From Bellilinea caldifistulae (GTDB taxonomy: Bacteria > Chloroflexota > Anaerolineae > Anaerolineales > Anaerolineaceae): 32,000 nucleotides of DNA. The stretch lies in assembly GCF_001306055.1 (NCBI RefSeq), contig NZ_LGHJ01000017.1, forward strand, positions 120,001 to 152,000. Direction: 5' to 3'. The notes beneath the pieces are model-generated. The model was not told the origin of the DNA and made no database searches. It saw only the letters and a list, made by a program, of their open reading frames with translations. The position numbers and the translations under genes are program-made. Shown here piece after piece: positions 1-8,829 of this stretch. Position 1 is the stretch's first letter. Every line of letters starts with the position of its first letter.

Positions 1-119
1 AATACCGCCCAGCCAATCAAAATAAAATAAAACACCGGTGTTTTGATGCGGTCCAAAACCACAATCAGCCTATCCGAAAGGGTTGCTTTTTTAGAAACTG
101 TTTGAGAGATAGTTGCCAT
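1..119 (-). CDS. carbohydrate ABC transporter permease, second membrane subunit (MalG/UgpE-like); 5' fragment, gene continues past the window start
   Basis: Absent from the ORF track because it runs off the edge. Minus-strand ATG at 119..117 (another in-frame ATG at 122..120) is preceded by GAGGTGG (130..124), just after the stop of the upstream permease. It translates to MATISQTVSKKATLSDRLIVVLDRIKTPVFYFILIGWAV: a short polar tail then a hydrophobic TM1, as expected for the second permease of an SBP-permease-permease operon. Confidence 0.6.
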   Translation of the reverse strand, partial: MATISQTVSKKATLSDRLIVVLDRIKTPVFYFILIGWAV

Positions 120-132
120 CATTCCACCTCAT

Positions 133-1131
133 TTATGCCGAACCCACACTGCCGCTGCCCTCAATAATCCGTCGTTGAATGAGCGTGAAGACCAGAATGA
201 TCAACGCCAGGATAAAGGATAGAGCGGCTGCCTGACCCATTTTGACGGTAGTATCCCGGAAAGCCCATTTGTAAATCAAGTAGGCCACCGTCGTGGTCGA
301 ATCCAGCGGCCCGCCCGAAGTCATCACATAAATCTGGTCGAACACCTGAAAACAACCGATCAACCCCACGGTGACCACAAAAAACACCACCGGGCGCAGC
401 ATGGGAATGGTGATGTAACGCAGTACCTGAAACTTGTTAGCGCCGTCAATCGAAGCGGCTTCGTAAATCGCAGTCGGAATATCCTGCAAGCCAGCCAGAA
501 AGATGAGCATCAACGTGCCACTGGTGGTGAAAACATTCAAAATCATGATGGTGTAAAAGGCATAACGCGGATCGTTCAACCAGTTGATATTCAGGTTGAA
601 AATCTGATTTACGATCCCCAACGGGCTGAACAACCACACAAAAATCAGCGAAATGACTACTGAGGATGTGACCGACGGCAGGTAGTAAATGGTACGAAAC
701 AACCGCCGAAAACGCAACTTTTGATCCATGGCAAACGCCAGAATCAGGCTTAGGACGGTTTGGGTTGGCACCACAATCAAAGTGTACTTGACCGTGTTGG
801 GTAAGGCTTTCTTGATGAACAAATCATCGCACGTCAGAGGGGGCGCATCTTCAGCCCGCGGCATCAAGGCTTCAAGGCACAGCACCCGGCGGTAGCCCTC
901 CAATCCCCACCACTCCGGCGGACGCAGCAGGTTATAGCGGGTAAAAGACAAATAAAAAGCGTAACCGATCGAGAAAACAGTAAAGGTCAAGAAAATAAAC
1001 AAATACGGCAATAAGAAAAGATAAGCGGTAAGCGCTTCACTGCGTTTTTTGCGCTTTTCGGGGTTACTCCCCCGCCGAAACAAACCCGCCGGGCGATTGG
1101 ACACCATCTCTGCCATCTTTCCATCCTCCAC
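133..1131 (-). CDS. carbohydrate ABC transporter permease (MalF/UgpA-like, binding-protein-dependent inner membrane component)
   Basis: 332-aa polytopic membrane protein. It carries the EAA-loop region typical of MalF/UgpA-type permeases (IYEAASIDGANKFQVLRYITIPMLRP) and lies directly downstream of a solute-binding protein gene. Confidence 0.9.
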   Translation of the reverse strand: MEDGKMAEMVSNRPAGLFRRGSNPEKRKKRSEALTAYLFLLPYLFIFLTFTVFSIGYAFYLSFTRYNLLRPPEWWGLEGYRRVLCLEALMPRAEDAPPLTCDDLFIKKALPNTVKYTLIVVPTQTVLSLILAFAMDQKLRFRRLFRTIYYLPSVTSSVVISLIFVWLFSPLGIVNQIFNLNINWLNDPRYAFYTIMILNVFTTSGTLMLIFLAGLQDIPTAIYEAASIDGANKFQVLRYITIPMLRPVVFFVVTVGLIGCFQVFDQIYVMTSGGPLDSTTTVAYLIYKWAFRDTTVKMGQAAALSFILALIILVFTLIQRRIIEGSGSVGSA

Positions 1132-1140
1132 GATTTCACG

Positions 1141-1177
1141 AAGAGGGTCAGCCTTGAAGCGGCTGACCCTCTTTTTT
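1141..1177 (-). other. intercistronic stem-loop between the SBP and permease genes (13-bp perfect stem, 7-nt loop)
   Basis: AAGAGGGTCAGCC (1141-1153) pairs perfectly with GGCTGACCCTCTT (1161-1173). The T-run (1174-1177) is on the plus (antisense) side only. In the sense (minus) direction the stem is followed by CGUGAAAUCG, so it is not a classical terminator. It looks more like an mRNA-stability or partial-attenuation element. Confidence 0.6.
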
Positions 1178-1187
1178 TACAACCGCC

Positions 1188-2519
1188 TTACTTCACTTCG
1201 GCAATTTTCTGGCGGATGACCTGCGCCGCCTGCTTCAGGGCAGCATCCACCGGCTGATTTTCCAGATAGATGCGTTCGAGTGCCTTACCCATTTGTTCGT
1301 TGACATCCGAGCCGACCAGCCCCCATACGAAGGGGCGAGCCCCTTGCAGCGCACCACGAAAGATGGCGCTGGAAGCCGGATTGGTCTTCAGGTATTCGCT
1401 GTTTTGCAGCGACAGACGGGTTGGGAGGGCAAAACCACTTTCCAGCACCTTGGTCTGGGCTTTCTCACCGGTCAGGTAGTTGATCACCCGCATGGCTGCT
1501 TCCGGATTCTTGCTGTTGCGCGAGATGACATACGCCACGGTGAAGATCAGGTTGCCCTCGCCTTTGGGGCCAGCCGGCGGGGTGACCACGCCGTAATTGA
1601 TGTTGGGAAATTGCTGCTTCAGGTAGGGAATCAGCCATCCGCCTTCGTAGACCATGGCGAACTGACCCTTACCGAAGACCGTCCCCTGCCAGCCCTCACC
1701 GACATCCGCCGGAATAGCGCCACTCTGATTCTTGCGGAAATCGGTGTAGAAAGTGGCCGCCTCAATCGCCGCCGGGGAGTCGAGCAGGGTATCGCTGTAG
1801 TCATCGGTCATAATCGAACCGCCGTTTTGGAAGACAAAGATGGGGAAGCGTCCCGGATCTGCCGGTACGCCCAGCCCGTAGATGTTATTGGCAGGATCCG
1901 AAAGTGCCTCGGCAGCCGCTTTCAAATCATCCCATGTCCAATCGTCGGTTGGTTCGGCAATCCCCGCCTGAGCGAACAGGTCTTTGTTATAGAACAGACC
2001 CAACGTATTGAAGTCCTTGGGGATACCGTACGTAACCCCGCCCTCGGAGAAAGCATCAATCAAAGAGGGGATAAAATCATCCCGCTTGACACCCTCTTTC
2101 GCCATCAGGTCATCAATCGGCAGCAAGACTTCATCGCGCACAAAAGCCGGGAACTGGAAAATATCCATGTAGAACACATCCGGTTCAACGCCGGAGGCAA
2201 TCGAGGTTTTCAACTGCTGCCAGTAATCGCCGGTGATGGGTTCATACTTGACCACAATATCCGGATTTTCCACCGTGAAGTCCAGCAAAATGGATTGCAG
2301 CAGAGCGGTTTCCTCCGGACTGGCCGCCCAGCCGGAAAGGCGCACCACCGCACGCTCAGCCGGTTTTTCAACCTCAACCGTTTTGACGACCTCTTTTTCC
2401 TTCTCCACCGTAACCGTCTCGATCACTTTTTCGGGGGTGGGGGTAGCCGCTGGCTGGCAGGCCGCCAGCAGCAGGCTGAGAACCATCAGGGGGACAAACC
2501 ATTTCAATAGGGTTTTCAT
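1188..2519 (-). CDS. ABC transporter extracellular solute-binding protein, family 1 (sugar/oligosaccharide), lipoprotein
   Basis: 443 aa. The signal peptide ends in a lipobox-like LLAAC, followed by a low-complexity tether (TVEKEKEVVKTVEVEKP). The mature part has typical family-1 SBP composition, with permease genes downstream. Confidence 0.9.
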   Translation of the reverse strand: MKTLLKWFVPLMVLSLLLAACQPAATPTPEKVIETVTVEKEKEVVKTVEVEKPAERAVVRLSGWAASPEETALLQSILLDFTVENPDIVVKYEPITGDYWQQLKTSIASGVEPDVFYMDIFQFPAFVRDEVLLPIDDLMAKEGVKRDDFIPSLIDAFSEGGVTYGIPKDFNTLGLFYNKDLFAQAGIAEPTDDWTWDDLKAAAEALSDPANNIYGLGVPADPGRFPIFVFQNGGSIMTDDYSDTLLDSPAAIEAATFYTDFRKNQSGAIPADVGEGWQGTVFGKGQFAMVYEGGWLIPYLKQQFPNINYGVVTPPAGPKGEGNLIFTVAYVISRNSKNPEAAMRVINYLTGEKAQTKVLESGFALPTRLSLQNSEYLKTNPASSAIFRGALQGARPFVWGLVGSDVNEQMGKALERIYLENQPVDAALKQAAQVIRQKIAEVK

Positions 2520-2535
2520 GACCTTTCTTCTCCTG

Positions 2536-2559
2536 AATTGTGATTGGAAAATTGTGATT
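2536..2559 (-). repeat. 10-nt direct repeat AATTGTGATT x2 (reads AATCACAATT on the coding strand) in the 5' leader of the SBP gene
   Basis: Exact copies at 2536-2545 and 2550-2559, 17-40 nt upstream of the SBP start codon (2519). Possible protein-binding site. The LacI palindrome seen at 3823-3848 is absent here. Confidence 0.4.
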
Positions 2560-2708
2560 TCCTCAAAAAGTGTGTGATATACTCAACGCGGGAGGGCTGA
2601 CAAAAGCCGCCCCGTCGAAGCCACCCCGACTCTATCCCTGGCAGGAGCGCGGAGGGGTGGCTTCATTTGTCGCCATAAAGAAACAAGGAAGCATCGGTCT
2701 TTCTCTCG

Positions 2709-3785
2709 CTATGGATCTCTCATCACCTCCTTGGGAATCAAATCGGGCTGGTCCGCCTTTCGGCTGGAAGCACGAACGACCAGCTGCGGTTGCATCAGGA
2801 TCGTTTCAAATTCTTGTGCGGTTTCCTTGGCTTCCAACAAGTTCAATAAAAGCGCAATTAGACGTTCACCAATCTCCCAAACCGGCTGACGAACAGAAGT
2901 CAGCGGCGGGGTCAGGTACTGGGCAATCGGCGTGTCATCGAAACCGGTAATGCCAATTTGACTGCCCACCTGAAAACCGCCATCCTGAACGGCTTTAATC
3001 GCCCCTACGGCCATGTAATCGTTCAGGCAGACCATCGCCGTTGGGCGAATTTCCGCCGGCAGAGCCAGCAGTCTTCGAGCGGCCTCGTATCCAAAAGCGT
3101 AACGGCCTTCCCCGCGCTGAATCCATTCCGCCATCGTCTCAATGCCGGCCACACGCATGGCGGAAAAATAGCCTTCCATGCGGTTATTGCCCACCCGTGA
3201 TTCCTCTGGCCATGCCAGTGCTGCAATCCGGCGGTGACCCTGAGCCAGAAGATGCTCGGTTGCCAACCGCAGCCCATAACCGCCGTCCACATCAATTGAA
3301 GGGAAATGCAAATCGGGATTGGAACGCCCAAAGGCAACAAAAGGGAATTTTTGTTCAAGCAGGAACAGCACCCGCGGATCGTTGTATTCGACCCCCGAAA
3401 GCACAAAACCATCCACCCGGCGGGTTTCCATCAATTCACGATAGGATTCGATTTGCCGCTGGGTATCGGAATGGTAGGGGAAGCACAACAGATAATAGCC
3501 GCGCTGCTCAGCGGCATGGAACATGCTCTGCAAGAAAGTATCCAGAATCGGGTTAGCCTGATCAGGGGGAGAAGGCCGCCAAGAGTAACCAATCGTAAAA
3601 CTGCGCTGGGCGCGCAGACTGCGGGCGGTGTAATTGGGGCGGTAATTCAATTCCCGTACAGCCTGCCAGATGCGCGCTTCGGTATCCGGCGCAACCTGCA
3701 CCTGACCGTTGATCACCTTCGAGACGGTCTGGTAACTGACACCGGAGCGTACAGCAACTTCCTTAAGGGTAACTCTGCGGGACAT
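2709..3785 (-). CDS. LacI family transcriptional regulator
   Basis: The N-terminal HTH (VTLKEVAVRSGVSYQTVSKVINGQ ... ARSLR) is the LacI/PurR signature. The C-terminal portion is a periplasmic-binding-protein-like sugar-binding fold. The gene is adjacent to a sugar ABC operon. Confidence 0.93.
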   Translation of the reverse strand: MSRRVTLKEVAVRSGVSYQTVSKVINGQVQVAPDTEARIWQAVRELNYRPNYTARSLRAQRSFTIGYSWRPSPPDQANPILDTFLQSMFHAAEQRGYYLLCFPYHSDTQRQIESYRELMETRRVDGFVLSGVEYNDPRVLFLLEQKFPFVAFGRSNPDLHFPSIDVDGGYGLRLATEHLLAQGHRRIAALAWPEESRVGNNRMEGYFSAMRVAGIETMAEWIQRGEGRYAFGYEAARRLLALPAEIRPTAMVCLNDYMAVGAIKAVQDGGFQVGSQIGITGFDDTPIAQYLTPPLTSVRQPVWEIGERLIALLLNLLEAKETAQEFETILMQPQLVVRASSRKADQPDLIPKEVMRDP

Positions 3786-3822
3786 GGGAAGATTTACAGG
3801 GACAGGGATGGGCTTGGTTCAT

Positions 3823-3848
3823 TGCGAACGTTCGTGCGAACGTTCGCA
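3823..3848. promoter_or_regulatory. tandem LacI-type operator: TGCGAACGTTCG followed by the perfect 14-bp palindrome TGCGAACGTTCGCA
   Basis: 3835-3848 is a perfect palindrome with the central CG and AA/TT arms typical of LacI/CcpA-family operators. The 12-nt unit TGCGAACGTTCG is duplicated head-to-tail at 3823-3834. It lies immediately downstream of the lacI -10 box, about 40 nt upstream of the lacI ATG. Confidence 0.75.
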
Positions 3849-3853
3849 TTATT

Positions 3854-3882
3854 AGTATAGAAAATTTAATCGGCGTTGTCAA
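3854..3882 (-). promoter_or_regulatory. sigma-70-type promoter of the lacI gene (TTGACA - 17 nt - TATACT on the minus strand)
   Basis: Minus-strand TTGACA is plus 3877-3882 and TATACT is plus 3854-3859, with a 17-nt spacer. The operator begins 5 nt downstream of the -10 box. Confidence 0.7.
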
Positions 3883-3935
3883 GTCCTTTTTTCTCCAAAA
3901 TCACCCCTTTGGAGGATAGCCGGAGTTTCACTCTA

Positions 3936-3944
3936 TGGTATATT
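3936..3944 (+). promoter_or_regulatory. possible extended -10 promoter (TGgTATATT) for the MFS/TetR operon
   Basis: TGGTATATT at 3936-3944, about 45 nt upstream of the MFS ATG (3990), which has a GGGAGG Shine-Dalgarno at 3974-3979. No good -35. A 7-bp inverted repeat CTCCAAA/TTTGGAG (3893-3899/3908-3914) just upstream could be a TetR operator. Confidence 0.35.
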
Positions 3945-3989
3945 TACTAAACGAACGGTCGGTAAGCAACTTCGGGAGGTGTATAGTCT

Positions 3990-5405
3990 ATGCTGCAAGA
4001 AACCAAACAACGCAATCAATTGCTTTTTCTTCTCTTTTTCGGTGTGTTGATGGGTGCACTGGATATTGCCATCCTTGGCCCGGCTCTCCCCTCCATCCGC
4101 GCCGAATTCCGCGTGGATGAACGCAATCTGGCCTGGATGTTTAGCAGTTATGTCCTTTTCCAACTGGTCAGCACGCCACTCATGGCAAAACTATCCGACC
4201 TTTACGGCCGCCGCTGGATTTACATCCTGGATATCGCTCTGTTCGGGATGGGGTCACTCCTGGTAGCCACTTCAACCAGTTTCACCGGTGTACTGATCGG
4301 ACGTGCCATTCAGGGGTTTGGAGCCGGCGGTATTTTTCCGGTTGCCAGCGCTGTGATCGGCGACACCTTCCCGCCCGAAAAACGCGGCAGCGCCCTCGGC
4401 ATGATTGGGGCGGTTTTCGGCGTGGCGTTTTTGATCGGCCCGCTGCTGGGAGGTGTCATTCTGGCAATTGCCAACTGGCACTGGCTGTTCCTGATCAATC
4501 TGCCCATCGCCGGTTTGATCATTCTATTCAGCCTGCGTCTGCTGCCCGCCACCCGCCCGGCTACCAGCCGCCGGTTGGATGTGGCTGGCATGATTTTGTT
4601 AGCCCTGTTCCTCGCTGCGCTGACCTTTGGACTGAATCAACTCGACCCCAGCAATTTACCGGACAGTCTGCTCACCCCATCCGTGGGTGGCGTGCTTGCG
4701 CTGGCGTTGGTTTTACTGGTCATTCTCATTCAAGTCGAGCGGCGAATCAGGTTGCCGATGCTGCCCGCTCACTTGTTTAACCGGCGCCAGCTGGGGCTTG
4801 CCTATCTGCTTTCCGCCGGAGCCGGGCTGGCAGAAGCCAGTCTGGTCTTTGTTCCACTGATGGCAGTAACCGGTCTGGCAAATCAGGGCATCAACGAGAA
4901 AAACGCCACATGGCTCCTGATTCCGGCCATTCTCGCCATGGCAATCGGTTCACCCCTCGCCGGACGGCTGCTCGACCGGGTTGGTTCCCGGAATGTGATC
5001 ATGGGCGGTACGGCATTGATGAGCGCCGGTTTTCTCATGCTCAGTCTGCTGGGTGGTCATTTGATTTTCTTTCTGCTTTCGGGAGTATTGATTGGCGGCG
5101 GCTTGACCGCCTTGCTTGGGGCGCCGATCCGGTATATTATGTTAGGTGAAGCCTCAGCCGAGGAGCGTTCGTTGGCGCAAGGGCTGGTTACCCTCTTCAC
5201 CAGCATTGGTCAGTTGATCGGTAGCGCGTTGATCGGCGCACTGGTTGCCTCTTTTGGAACAGCCAACCCCTTCAGAGGGTATCAGACCGCCTTTGCATTG
5301 ATCACCTTCACCAGCCTGATCTTGTTTGTCAGTGCAACCATGCTGAAAACCCGTCAGCGAGAATTGGAGACCCTGGGAGGAAATGAAGCCTTCAGCCGTG
5401 GATAA
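3990..5405 (+). CDS. MFS transporter, DHA2 (EmrB/QacA-like, 14-TMS) drug:H+ antiporter family
   Basis: 471 aa, about 14 hydrophobic segments. MFS motif A-like LSDLYGRRWIY and motif C-like GAGGIFPVASAVIGD. Followed by an overlapping TetR gene. Confidence 0.88.
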   Translation: MLQETKQRNQLLFLLFFGVLMGALDIAILGPALPSIRAEFRVDERNLAWMFSSYVLFQLVSTPLMAKLSDLYGRRWIYILDIALFGMGSLLVATSTSFTGVLIGRAIQGFGAGGIFPVASAVIGDTFPPEKRGSALGMIGAVFGVAFLIGPLLGGVILAIANWHWLFLINLPIAGLIILFSLRLLPATRPATSRRLDVAGMILLALFLAALTFGLNQLDPSNLPDSLLTPSVGGVLALALVLLVILIQVERRIRLPMLPAHLFNRRQLGLAYLLSAGAGLAEASLVFVPLMAVTGLANQGINEKNATWLLIPAILAMAIGSPLAGRLLDRVGSRNVIMGGTALMSAGFLMLSLLGGHLIFFLLSGVLIGGGLTALLGAPIRYIMLGEASAEERSLAQGLVTLFTSIGQLIGSALIGALVASFGTANPFRGYQTAFALITFTSLILFVSATMLKTRQRELETLGGNEAFSRG

Positions 5406-5991
5406 TGCACCGCCTTCGATGCGTGATAAGATCCTTCACCAAACTACCCGCCTGTTTGTAGAGCGCGGCTACGATGGTGTGTCCATCCGCGAAATTGCCG
5501 AGGCTTGCAGCATCACCAAAGCCGCACTTTACTACCACTTTGTGGACAAAGAACGGCTATTGATTGAAATTCTGGAAACGGGACTGGACGCTTTTCATCA
5601 ACTGTTGGAGGATGCCCGACAGAATTACCAAAGCGCCCAGACCCGTATTCGTGCCTTCGTGTTTTCTCTTTTTACCCGTCTGCCGCCTGAAAACCGGGCC
5701 GTCATTCGGCTGGCAACTCAGGAGATGGGCAAGTTGCAACCCGAACTGCGCACCCAATTTGCCCAACATTACCGCGAAAAATTCCTGCAACCCCTGATGG
5801 ACATTTTTACCGAAGGGCAAAAAGCTGGCGAACTGCGGCCACTCTCGGCAGAACTGGCGGTGTGGGCTTTATTGGGAATGCTTTACCCCTTCATGAGCGG
5901 CGAATCCGCTCTCCGGCAGGAACCGAGTCCTCAACAATTGGAGCAGTTGCTGGATATTTTTTGGATCGGAATTGCCAGCCATTCCAGATGA
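5383..5991 (+). CDS. TetR/AcrR family transcriptional regulator
   Basis: N-terminal TetR HTH (ILHQTTRLFVERGYDGVSIREIAEACSITKAALYYHF). The start is uncertain: ATG 5383 overlaps the MFS gene by 23 nt, and ATG 5419 is the alternative. Confidence 0.9.
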   Translation: MKPSAVDNAPPSMRDKILHQTTRLFVERGYDGVSIREIAEACSITKAALYYHFVDKERLLIEILETGLDAFHQLLEDARQNYQSAQTRIRAFVFSLFTRLPPENRAVIRLATQEMGKLQPELRTQFAQHYREKFLQPLMDIFTEGQKAGELRPLSAELAVWALLGMLYPFMSGESALRQEPSPQQLEQLLDIFWIGIASHSR

Positions 5992-6033
5992 AAAGCCCAA
6001 CGGGAGCCGTCCGAGTCCTGCTATAATCAGGGC

Positions 6034-8697
6034 ATGCCGCCGCTGGTCTGGACGAAATTTAAAATTCCGCCCCTGCGCGCCAAAAGCGTGCTTCGTCCAC
6101 GCCTGCTGGATAATCTCAATCGTGGCCTGGCAAGCCGGTTGATTTTGATTTCTGCTCCGGCCGGTTTTGGCAAAACCACCACAATGATTCAATGGTTGCA
6201 GAGCCAGCCTCTGCCCGCACTGTGGGTAGCACTGGAAGAAACCGATGATGATCCCATCCGTTTTTTCAGCGCATGGATCACCTGTCTGCGGCAAATCATC
6301 CCCTCTTATAGTGATGATCTGCTTCAGGTTCTGCTTTCTGCCCAATTACCCGCCGGTGATTTGCTCTCGGCGGAATTGATCAACCCTCTGATTCAATTAA
6401 ACCAACCTGCCATCCTCGTTCTGGATGATTTTCAGCACATTCAAGACCGGAGTATCTTACGGTTTATCCAGGATGCGATTGCCTATCTGCCGTCAGAATT
6501 TCACCTCGCCATCCTCACGCGGGAAGACCCCGCCCTGCCATTAGCCCGCCTGCGCTCACAAAACGAACTGGTTGAAATCCGCACCAATGATTTGAGATTT
6601 GACCCGACAGAGAGCGGTCAGCTGCTCACCGAGATTCTGAACATCTCGCTTGAACCTTCCCTTGTTACCGCCCTGACCGAACGCACCGAAGGCTGGGCAG
6701 CAGGTTTGCAATTAGCCGGTTTATCGCTGCAGGGCAGCCTTCAACCGGCCGATTTAATTCAAGATATGGCTGCCGGCAAGCGGTTTATGTTGAACTATCT
6801 GGCAGAAGAAGTTTTGAATAAACAGCCCCCGGACATTCAGGATTTCCTTCTCAAAACATCCTTGCTTACCACATTAAACGCCGAACGTTGCAATCTACTC
6901 ACCGGGCGAGAGGATAGCGCCGAGCTGTTGGAGAAACTGGATAAAAGCAATCTCTTCATCCAACCGCTGGATGAGCAATTGCGCTTTTACCGCTTTCACG
7001 CTTTGTTTGCCGAATTGCTACGCAACCGGTTGAACCGCCAGGGAGAGGAAGAAGTCCGCAATTTGCACCTGCGAGCTGCTCAAGCCCTGCTAGCCGAAGG
7101 GTTAGTCACCGAGAGCCTTTCCCACTTTCTCGCTGCAAAAGATTATCCGGCAGTTGTGGCATTATTGGAAAACCACATTTGGGAATGGATCAACCACATG
7201 CCGGCGGCCCAACTGGAAGGGGTGCTTTCTCAAATCCCGCCAGAAATCCAGTTTTCCCACCCGCGCCTGTTATTGGGGCTGGGGTGGTTGTATCTGTTGC
7301 AGGGGAATTTTCCCCGCCTGGCTGGCATCCTTCAATCACTGGAAAGTCGGCTGGTAGAAAACAAACCGGTTTCAGACGACTTGGCTCTGTTACGCGCCGA
7401 GTTCCTTGCTCTGCAGGCAAACTTGCTTCAGGTTCAGCAAAAATTCGACCAGGCCATTCAGTCCGCCCGGCAATCTCTGGCTCTGATAGAGCGTAAAAAT
7501 GACCGGATTGCCTCGCTGGCTTTTCTGGCATTGGGAGGGGGGCTGCGTCAAAAGGGGGATTACGAAGAAGCTCGCACTGCCCTGGAAAATGCCATTCAGC
7601 TCAGTCGCAGCAACGATGATCCGGTAACGGATATTCTGGCTGTTTCGCATTTGACATTAATGGCGCTGGAATACGGTCAATTAGAAATGGCCGCCCGCGT
7701 CGCACAGGCGGCAATCCAGCATCTCGAACAGCACCCGAACGGTTATCCGGCGGTATTGGGCGCGGTTTACGGAGCATTGGGTTGGGTTTACTACCACCGC
7801 AATCAACCCGAACTTGCCGCTCAATTTATACTGCGGGGGATTCATCTGGCGGAGTTGAGCGGACACAACGCTTCAGCGGTCTATTCGCTGGCGGGCATGG
7901 CCCGCCTGCACATTGCTCGGGGTGACCTTGATGCAGCCCGCCAATGCCTGCAACAGGCCGATCAATTCTTTCAGAAAGGCGCACCCGGCTGGGTTTTGCC
8001 CGAATTGATTTCCTGCAAGAGTCGTTTGGCGATTATCGAAGGAAACTGGATGGAAGCCGAGGCAATCCTCACCGCCAGCGGAGTGACGCCGGATTCCGCT
8101 CCTACACCCTATTCAGAACCCCTGCTGATCGCCTGGCTGCGGTTGGCAATTGCTCAGGATACTCTCGAAACCGGGCATGCAATTCTCGAACTCGTCCAGC
8201 GTGTTTTGGAATTTGCTCGCACCAGCCGGCGCAATTACACGCTCCTGCAAGCGCTGGTCGCCGGAGCGATTCTTTACTTCAAAAACGGAGATACTAACCA
8301 GGCCGGTCAATGGCTAGAGGAAGCGGTTCAGCTGGCTGCATCCAGCGGTTACCACAGTATCTTTTTGGAACACCGGCAAGATTTGCTTCTCATCTTGAAA
8401 ACAATCCACAGTCCGGGGCTGGAAGCCTTACTCACCCCATCTGACGAAATTCCGTTGCCCTCCCCCTCGCAAAGTCCGCTCACAAGTGCAAAAAACCTGA
8501 CGGGTATCGCATTGACCGAAAGAGAGCTGGAAGTTTTGCACCTGCTCGCACAGGGGTACACCTATAATCAAATTGCCGAACACCTGGTGATCAGTCTCAA
8601 CACTGTGCGTTTCCATGTCAAAGGAATCTACGGAAAATTGGGGGTTACCAAAGTCAATCAGGCGATTGCAGAAGCCCGTCGGCAGAGCTTAATTTAA
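6034..8697 (+). CDS. MalT-like STAND ATPase / LuxR family transcriptional regulator (NTPase + TPR-like repeats + C-terminal LuxR HTH)
   Basis: 887 aa. Walker A ISAPAGFGKTT and Walker B ILVLDDFQ. A long helical-repeat middle region. C-terminal GerE/LuxR HTH LTERELEVLHLLAQGYTYNQIAEHLVISLNTVRFHVKGIYGKLGV. Confidence 0.9.
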   Translation: MPPLVWTKFKIPPLRAKSVLRPRLLDNLNRGLASRLILISAPAGFGKTTTMIQWLQSQPLPALWVALEETDDDPIRFFSAWITCLRQIIPSYSDDLLQVLLSAQLPAGDLLSAELINPLIQLNQPAILVLDDFQHIQDRSILRFIQDAIAYLPSEFHLAILTREDPALPLARLRSQNELVEIRTNDLRFDPTESGQLLTEILNISLEPSLVTALTERTEGWAAGLQLAGLSLQGSLQPADLIQDMAAGKRFMLNYLAEEVLNKQPPDIQDFLLKTSLLTTLNAERCNLLTGREDSAELLEKLDKSNLFIQPLDEQLRFYRFHALFAELLRNRLNRQGEEEVRNLHLRAAQALLAEGLVTESLSHFLAAKDYPAVVALLENHIWEWINHMPAAQLEGVLSQIPPEIQFSHPRLLLGLGWLYLLQGNFPRLAGILQSLESRLVENKPVSDDLALLRAEFLALQANLLQVQQKFDQAIQSARQSLALIERKNDRIASLAFLALGGGLRQKGDYEEARTALENAIQLSRSNDDPVTDILAVSHLTLMALEYGQLEMAARVAQAAIQHLEQHPNGYPAVLGAVYGALGWVYYHRNQPELAAQFILRGIHLAELSGHNASAVYSLAGMARLHIARGDLDAARQCLQQADQFFQKGAPGWVLPELISCKSRLAIIEGNWMEAEAILTASGVTPDSAPTPYSEPLLIAWLRLAIAQDTLETGHAILELVQRVLEFARTSRRNYTLLQALVAGAILYFKNGDTNQAGQWLEEAVQLAASSGYHSIFLEHRQDLLLILKTIHSPGLEALLTPSDEIPLPSPSQSPLTSAKNLTGIALTERELEVLHLLAQGYTYNQIAEHLVISLNTVRFHVKGIYGKLGVTKVNQAIAEARRQSLI

Positions 8698-8796
8698 TGC
8701 CGGCGTCTTAGATGCGGAACTCCCCAAAAAATCTCCCCTGCGGATGAAGGAAATGTGATCAACACGGGGGTTAAAACTACATCCTCCCGTCCGGCC

Positions 8797-8829
8797 GGAC
8801 TACATCTCCATGTAGTCCGTTTTGATGTT
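8797..8829 (+). terminator. hairpin GGACTACAT-ctcc-ATGTAGTCC followed by GTTTTGATGTT: probable terminator of the regulator gene, or a regulatory hairpin in front of the next operon
   Basis: Perfect 9-bp stem (8797-8805/8810-8818) with a 4-nt loop and a T-rich but interrupted tail. It sits 100 nt after the regulator stop and only 31 nt before the next ATG. Confidence 0.5.

Noticed and set aside
1293-2510. 405-aa plus-strand ORF covering almost the whole SBP gene
   Set aside because: It is antisense to a clearly homologous solute-binding protein gene. The translation is Arg/Gly/His-rich and low in complexity with no recognisable domain, which is the typical shadow ORF of a GC-rich gene.
2617-2664. 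11-bp inverted repeat GAAGCCACCCC ... GGGGTGGCTTC downstream of lacI, considered as a terminator
   Set aside because: The loop is 26 nt, and on the sense (minus) strand no U-tract directly follows (the sequence is GACGGGGCGGCUUUUG). That is too weak to call, and it may allow read-through into the SBP gene.
8741-8750. CGGATGAAGG resembling the E. coli MalT box GGGGA(T/G)GAGG
   Set aside because: It is a single imperfect copy, and there is no reason to expect E. coli MalT specificity in a distant homolog. It is noted only as a curiosity. The ACTACAT repeats are the better-supported candidate sites.
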